Shown one piece after another: positions 60,301-64,000 of a stretch of 64,000 nt of DNA. A program made the translations under genes and the position numbers. This DNA is from Lytechinus pictus (Eukaryota), in the NCBI RefSeq assembly GCF_037042905.1, contig NC_087245.1, positions 42,286,001 through 42,350,000 of the forward strand. Reading direction: 5' to 3'. The notes below the pieces were generated by a model that was not told the DNA's origin, did not search any database, and was given only the letters and a program-made list of their open reading frames with translations. Every line of letters starts with the position of its first letter. Position 1 is the stretch's first letter.

Positions 60301-62514
60301 AGCAGCTGATTGGTTATCACCTGAAATACATGGATGAATAAACACAATGGGTTCCAGACCAGACCAAATTTAGACCACACTTCCATGGAATGCTGGGTAT
60401 CATAATACTACAATCAATTGATTCCCTAAAATCTGCTGTAATTTCATATTTTTTACTCTTCTCATTTCACAAAACAATCATTTTTTAACAACTTTATTGA
60501 GAAGGATAATTTATACTAGGTGAATGATTTGACAAATGGTACTCCATAAAAGTGTAATCTACATGCAAGTTAAAGGAGAATGAAACTCTTGGAGCAAGTT
60601 AGCTTTTGTGAAAGCAGAAAAATCAAACAATAAGATCAACAAAAGTTTGAGTAAAATAGGACTAGCAATAGAACAGTTATGAGCATTTGAATGTCGAGAT
60701 CACTAATGCTATGGAGATCCTCCCATTGGCAATGCGACCAAGATCTATGATGTCACAGATGAACAACTCTCCCCTTTTGGACACTGAAAATATACCCCCA
60801 AACATAACTCTTTGCTCATTCTAATCATATGACAAACGATTCATCAATGATATAATGTTGTGAAACCTCTGTACTTGTCCTCTCATAAAGAGAACACCTC
60901 ACCTTGTGATAGACTCTATAAAAATGAGAATATAAGTGAAATAAGTACTAAAGTAATGAGGGAGTTGTACGTGTGTGACATCACAGATCTTGGCCGCATT
61001 GCCAATGGGAGGATCTACATGGCATTAGTGATCTCAATATTCAAATGCTCATAACTTTCTTATTATTCATTCAATCTTCCTCAAACTTTCAACAATATGT
61101 TTCTTTGATTTTTCTATTTGATATGGATTCAGCTGGTTTCAAGGGTTTCATTCTCCTTTAATATAATGCACGTTTCATCTCAGAGTTTTGAAAGTATGAA
61201 TATCTGGTGGATTAATAATAACAATCACTTGTGATATTGTGAGTCTGACTGGCAAAGATCGAAATTGAGGACAAGTTATGAGTAATCTCAATTAGTATGA
61301 CTTCAGCTGATTTTCTGACGGTGGATAGCTGGTCTCAGCAAAATTATCGGGAGAACCACTCGACAACTTTGGTGCATAAGCAGTAAACAATCACCTCAAA
61401 GAGAAAGTGGGCAGATATTCTCAAGGTTTTTCACCATTGCTGATTTTAATTATTTAATTTCATAGTTCAACATCCCAAACGTTTCATCTTCTTCATTATG
61501 TAACATTTTCTGCACATAAAAACAGAACCAAAATTATGAATATATAAAGGATTTATGAATATGAAAAATAGAAAAACATGCTGCAGTAATTGCAAATATT
61601 CCCGATCTAGATCTAAGATGATTTGGCAACAATTAACCTGGATTTCTATGCTTACTCATAAAATCATTATTTGCAGTGACTAATAAGCCCAGATTATGAG
61701 ACAAAAATGTCTTAATTTCGTTTACATTGTATGTTTATTATGTTCACTAGATTATTTCCTCATACTTGAACGATGAAGAAACATATTTTACTTATTATTT
61801 CTATTCATTTAGCAGGAATGGTTAGAATTGTAATCTGAGCTAATAAATTGAGCCTGCAATTTCCAAAGTTTGTTCAACATATGCAGAGCTGCCAAGTTCT
61901 ATTTTGCATTTTCAGTATTCTTATCCCCCAAAATCAGTATTTTTACCAAAAAATCAGTATTTTTACCGTGTGAGATAAATATTTTGTATTTTTCCCAAAA
62001 AAAGTGTATTTCATAATAAAATGCTTGGCGCACTCGCCCATCACGGCGCTCAAGCTGCATGCAAGCTAAAATGTGCACTGCTCTTGCAGATGAAAAAAAA
62101 AAAAACATTGAAACTTGTGTATATCTCACCCTGGTTTTTACAAAATGATTGAAAAAAAAAAAAGTTACCTGACAGTACATTGATCTAATAACCATATTTG
62201 TGTACGTTTTATGAAATAGAGGCATATAGAGATGATTTTTCTCAATAAATTTCGATTTTGTAAAAAAAAAAATAATACTAAATACGGAAAAATCGTACTA
62301 CTTGGCAGCTCTGCATATGGCTTTCTGTAGTTAAAGCAGGACCCGAGTGAATACAGTGTTCATACCATTACTTGAGACCATGTCAGCCTGAGATCCTGGG
62401 ACAGGTTCTTCACCATCAATGGCTTCTTCCGCTCCTTTGGTTCTATCAGGGTACCCAATCAGGTTAGAGGAAAATTGAAGCTCCACCTCGTATTCTTTCT
62501 GACCAGCCAGGTAC
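51028..62514 (-). CDS. OFCC1: Multi-pass membrane protein, OFCC1/ojoplano-like (last 10 coding exons; 5' part outside the window)
   Basis: Phase-compatible GT-AG exon chain and several hydrophobic segments. Motifs RYLAGQKEYEVELQFSS, YFLRLHNNGRMLD, DLEISNQEL..KAEQWRG..GERRKVAVYDYIW and HFLRLPDGSIVEVFG were recognised from memory as OFCC1-family. The gene structure is solid; the name needs a homology search. Confidence 0.72.
52480..52635 (-). CDS. OFCC1: OFCC1-like exon
   Basis: ttatag|EEDNYDE...THVSVHTLHLDGLRELFRHFLRLPDGSIVE|gtaagt. Confidence 0.88.
52939..53904. mobile_element. hAT-like element with 6-bp TSD, nested inside a short MITE (about 52812-53972)
   Basis: ttacat|caggaatgccag ... 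ctggcatccctg|ttacat. Confidence 0.85.
54140..54335 (-). CDS. OFCC1: OFCC1-like exon
   Basis: tgacag|LHNNGRMLDIY...VYDYIWEEED|gtgagt. Confidence 0.9.
55281..55447 (-). CDS. OFCC1: OFCC1-like exon (TM)
   Basis: ctccag|RYSNTD...AKLYYHF...IFYMYFL|gtgagt. Confidence 0.9.
55585..55800 (-). mobile_element. Degraded tRNA-derived SINE
   Basis: 55660-55695 is the reverse complement of the core of the adjacent plus-strand SINE. Confidence 0.55.
55875..56270 (+). mobile_element. tRNA-derived SINE
   Basis: B-box-like gggctcgaatccc (55897-55909), core gctgcactctacccaggagaggtaaatgggtacc, and an (atcat)-type tail. Confidence 0.6.
56350..56602 (-). CDS. OFCC1: OFCC1-like exon (TM)
   Basis: ttatag|FQFLPYTVTLNYQ...GPLTNIV...LDPFLIAIIDAPLG|gtaagg. 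Confidence 0.9.
57573..57791 (-). CDS. OFCC1: OFCC1-like exon (TM)
   Basis: ctccag|KPFSTKG...ELGLSQWRSREFW...RMYLHYLGQW...PIS|gtgagt. Confidence 0.9.
58518..58657 (-). CDS. OFCC1: OFCC1-like exon
   Basis: atacag|QHLNPPQTDY...LEELATHGFAV|gtaagt. Confidence 0.87.
58893..59129 (-). CDS. OFCC1: OFCC1-like exon
   Basis: ctccag|ESEASTKTLE...DSESDEDDEDY...PGLFYK|gtatgt. Confidence 0.87.
59396..60047 (-). mobile_element. HINE/DINE-1-like element, copy 3 (inverted, more diverged)
   Basis: Reverse complement of the copy 1/2 termini and core repeats. Confidence 0.8.
60145..60320 (-). CDS. OFCC1: OFCC1-like exon (Ser/Gly-rich)
   Basis: tttcag|DNQSAADVKGSK...DNDSIKL|gtatgc; phase 1->0 fits its neighbours. 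Confidence 0.83.
60574..61157 (+). mobile_element. Kolobok-like MITE family A, copy 4
   Basis: TTAA flanks, same TIRs. Confidence 0.9.
61884..62313 (-). mobile_element. hAT-like MITE with 6-bp TSD, copy 3 (inverted)
   Basis: catatg|cagagctgccaag ... cttggcagctctg|catatg. Confidence 0.85.
62366..62514 (-). CDS. OFCC1: OFCC1-like exon (first in the window; ends at 62366 or 62372)
   Basis: atccag|YLAGQKEYEVELQFSSNLIGYPDR...QADMVS; two in-phase GT donors 6 nt apart. Confidence 0.85.
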
Positions 62515-63079
62515 CTGGATCATGGAACAAAGGAGAAAAGTAATGATAATAATAATAAAGGATTATATACATGCACAATGGTAAAGTCTAACATTGCTGG
62601 GAGGTCTAGGAGCCTGTTTCATATAACCTGTTACAAAATCAAATTTGCACTAACAGTTAAAAGCTACTGAAATCACTCAATCTGATTGGCCGATAGTAAA
62701 TTTGGTATAGAAATAGTGAATATGTTATTATGACAAGTCTTCATAGAACGGGCCCTAGATCTGGTAGCTTTGATTGATTCATTGTGTAGGTTTGTCAGTC
62801 TTCATCTGTTGAGGCTGTCTGAATATTTTGTTTTGAATTTTCTTAAGTAACAAGATCTAGGAGATTTGTTGTATAAATAATGAATGGATTCATTCATTCA
62901 TCAACTCATCTGCATTATTTGCGAGATAGTGTGTACACATCCTCAACTTGAGTGTGGACAGATTGTATAATGAATGCATGCGCATGAAATTTTTTGGAAA
63001 ATTATAATTGTCAGTATTAACATCATCAACAACATACTCTTATCATTATAATCTTGATTATCACTTATCACCCTCATCA

Positions 63080-63148
63080 TCAGACATAATTATCATCGGC
63101 ATCATCATTATCAACATCATCATCACAATAATCATCATCACCATCATC

Positions 63149-63179
<31 letters not shown>

Positions 63180-64000
63180 CCATCATCATCACCAGTACCA
63201 TCATCGTCAACCATCAGCATCATCAACACCATCACCATCATCATCATCATCATCACTTATCATCACCATTCCAATCATCACCAAGTCACTATTAGCACCA
63301 CCACTACAACTACCACCATCTCCATTACTACAACCATCACCATCATCATCATCACCAGTACCATCAGTACCACCATCATCGTCAACCATCAGCATCATCA
63401 ACACCATCATCATCATCAACACCATCATCATCATCACTTATCATCACCATTCCAATCATCACCAAGTCACTAATAGCACCACCACTACAACTACCACCAT
63501 CTCCATTACTACAACCACCATCATCATCATCATCACCAGTACCATCATTACCACCATCATCATCAACCATCAGCATCATCAACACCATCAACACCATCAC
63601 CATCAACACCATCATCATCATCATCATCATCATCATCACTTATCATCACCATTCCAATCAGCACCCAGTCACAATTAGCACCACCACTACAACTACCACC
63701 ATCTCCATTACTACAACCATCACCATCATCATCATCACCAGTACCATCATTACCACCATCATCGTCAACCATCAGCATCATCAACACCATCACCATCAAC
63801 ACCATCATCATCATCACTTATCATCACCATTCCAATCATCACCAAGTCTCTATTAGCACCACCACTACAACTACCACCATCTCCATTACTACAACCACCA
63901 TCATCATCATCATCACCAGTACCATCATTACCACCATCATCGTCAACCATCAGCATCATCAACACCATCACCATCAACACCATCATCATCATCATCACTT
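63080..64000 (+). repeat. (CAT/CAC)n microsatellite grading into a ~180-200-bp higher-order satellite
   Basis: Unit marker cacttatcatcaccattccaatca recurs at about 63254, 63435, 63637 and 63815, and begins again at about 63996. Confidence 0.92.

Noticed and set aside
63008..63998. Asp/Gly/Met-rich or His/Ile-rich ORFs as biomineralisation or metal-binding proteins
   Set aside because: Each satellite unit contains stops and frame changes; explained by triplet-derived repeats.

Overview
AT-rich, intron-rich animal genomic DNA, not prokaryotic. The repeat repertoire suggests a marine invertebrate, plausibly a sea urchin; this is inference only. From left to right the window holds: (1) an apparently intact non-LTR retrotransposon on the minus strand, with ORF1 and an APE-endonuclease/RT ORF2 that runs off the left edge; (2) about 20 kb of non-coding DNA crowded with nested non-autonomous transposons; (3) a complete lipin (phosphatidate phosphatase) gene on the plus strand, with 16 phase-compatible coding exons (24231-46195, 966 aa) plus a candidate 60-nt cassette exon; (4) the last 10 coding exons of a convergent multi-pass membrane protein gene resembling OFCC1/ojoplano on the minus strand (62514-51028); (5) a triplet-derived higher-order satellite at the right edge. 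I found no convincing wholly new biological system. The best leads are a minicistron with a TAATG stop-start overlap ahead of LINE ORF2, a lipin cassette exon flanked by a YGCY cluster, transposons carrying arrays of perfect DR1 and RFX motifs, hAT-like elements with 6-bp TSDs, and structural covariation in Helentron-type elements. All coordinates were read by eye, so transposon boundaries may be a few bases off.
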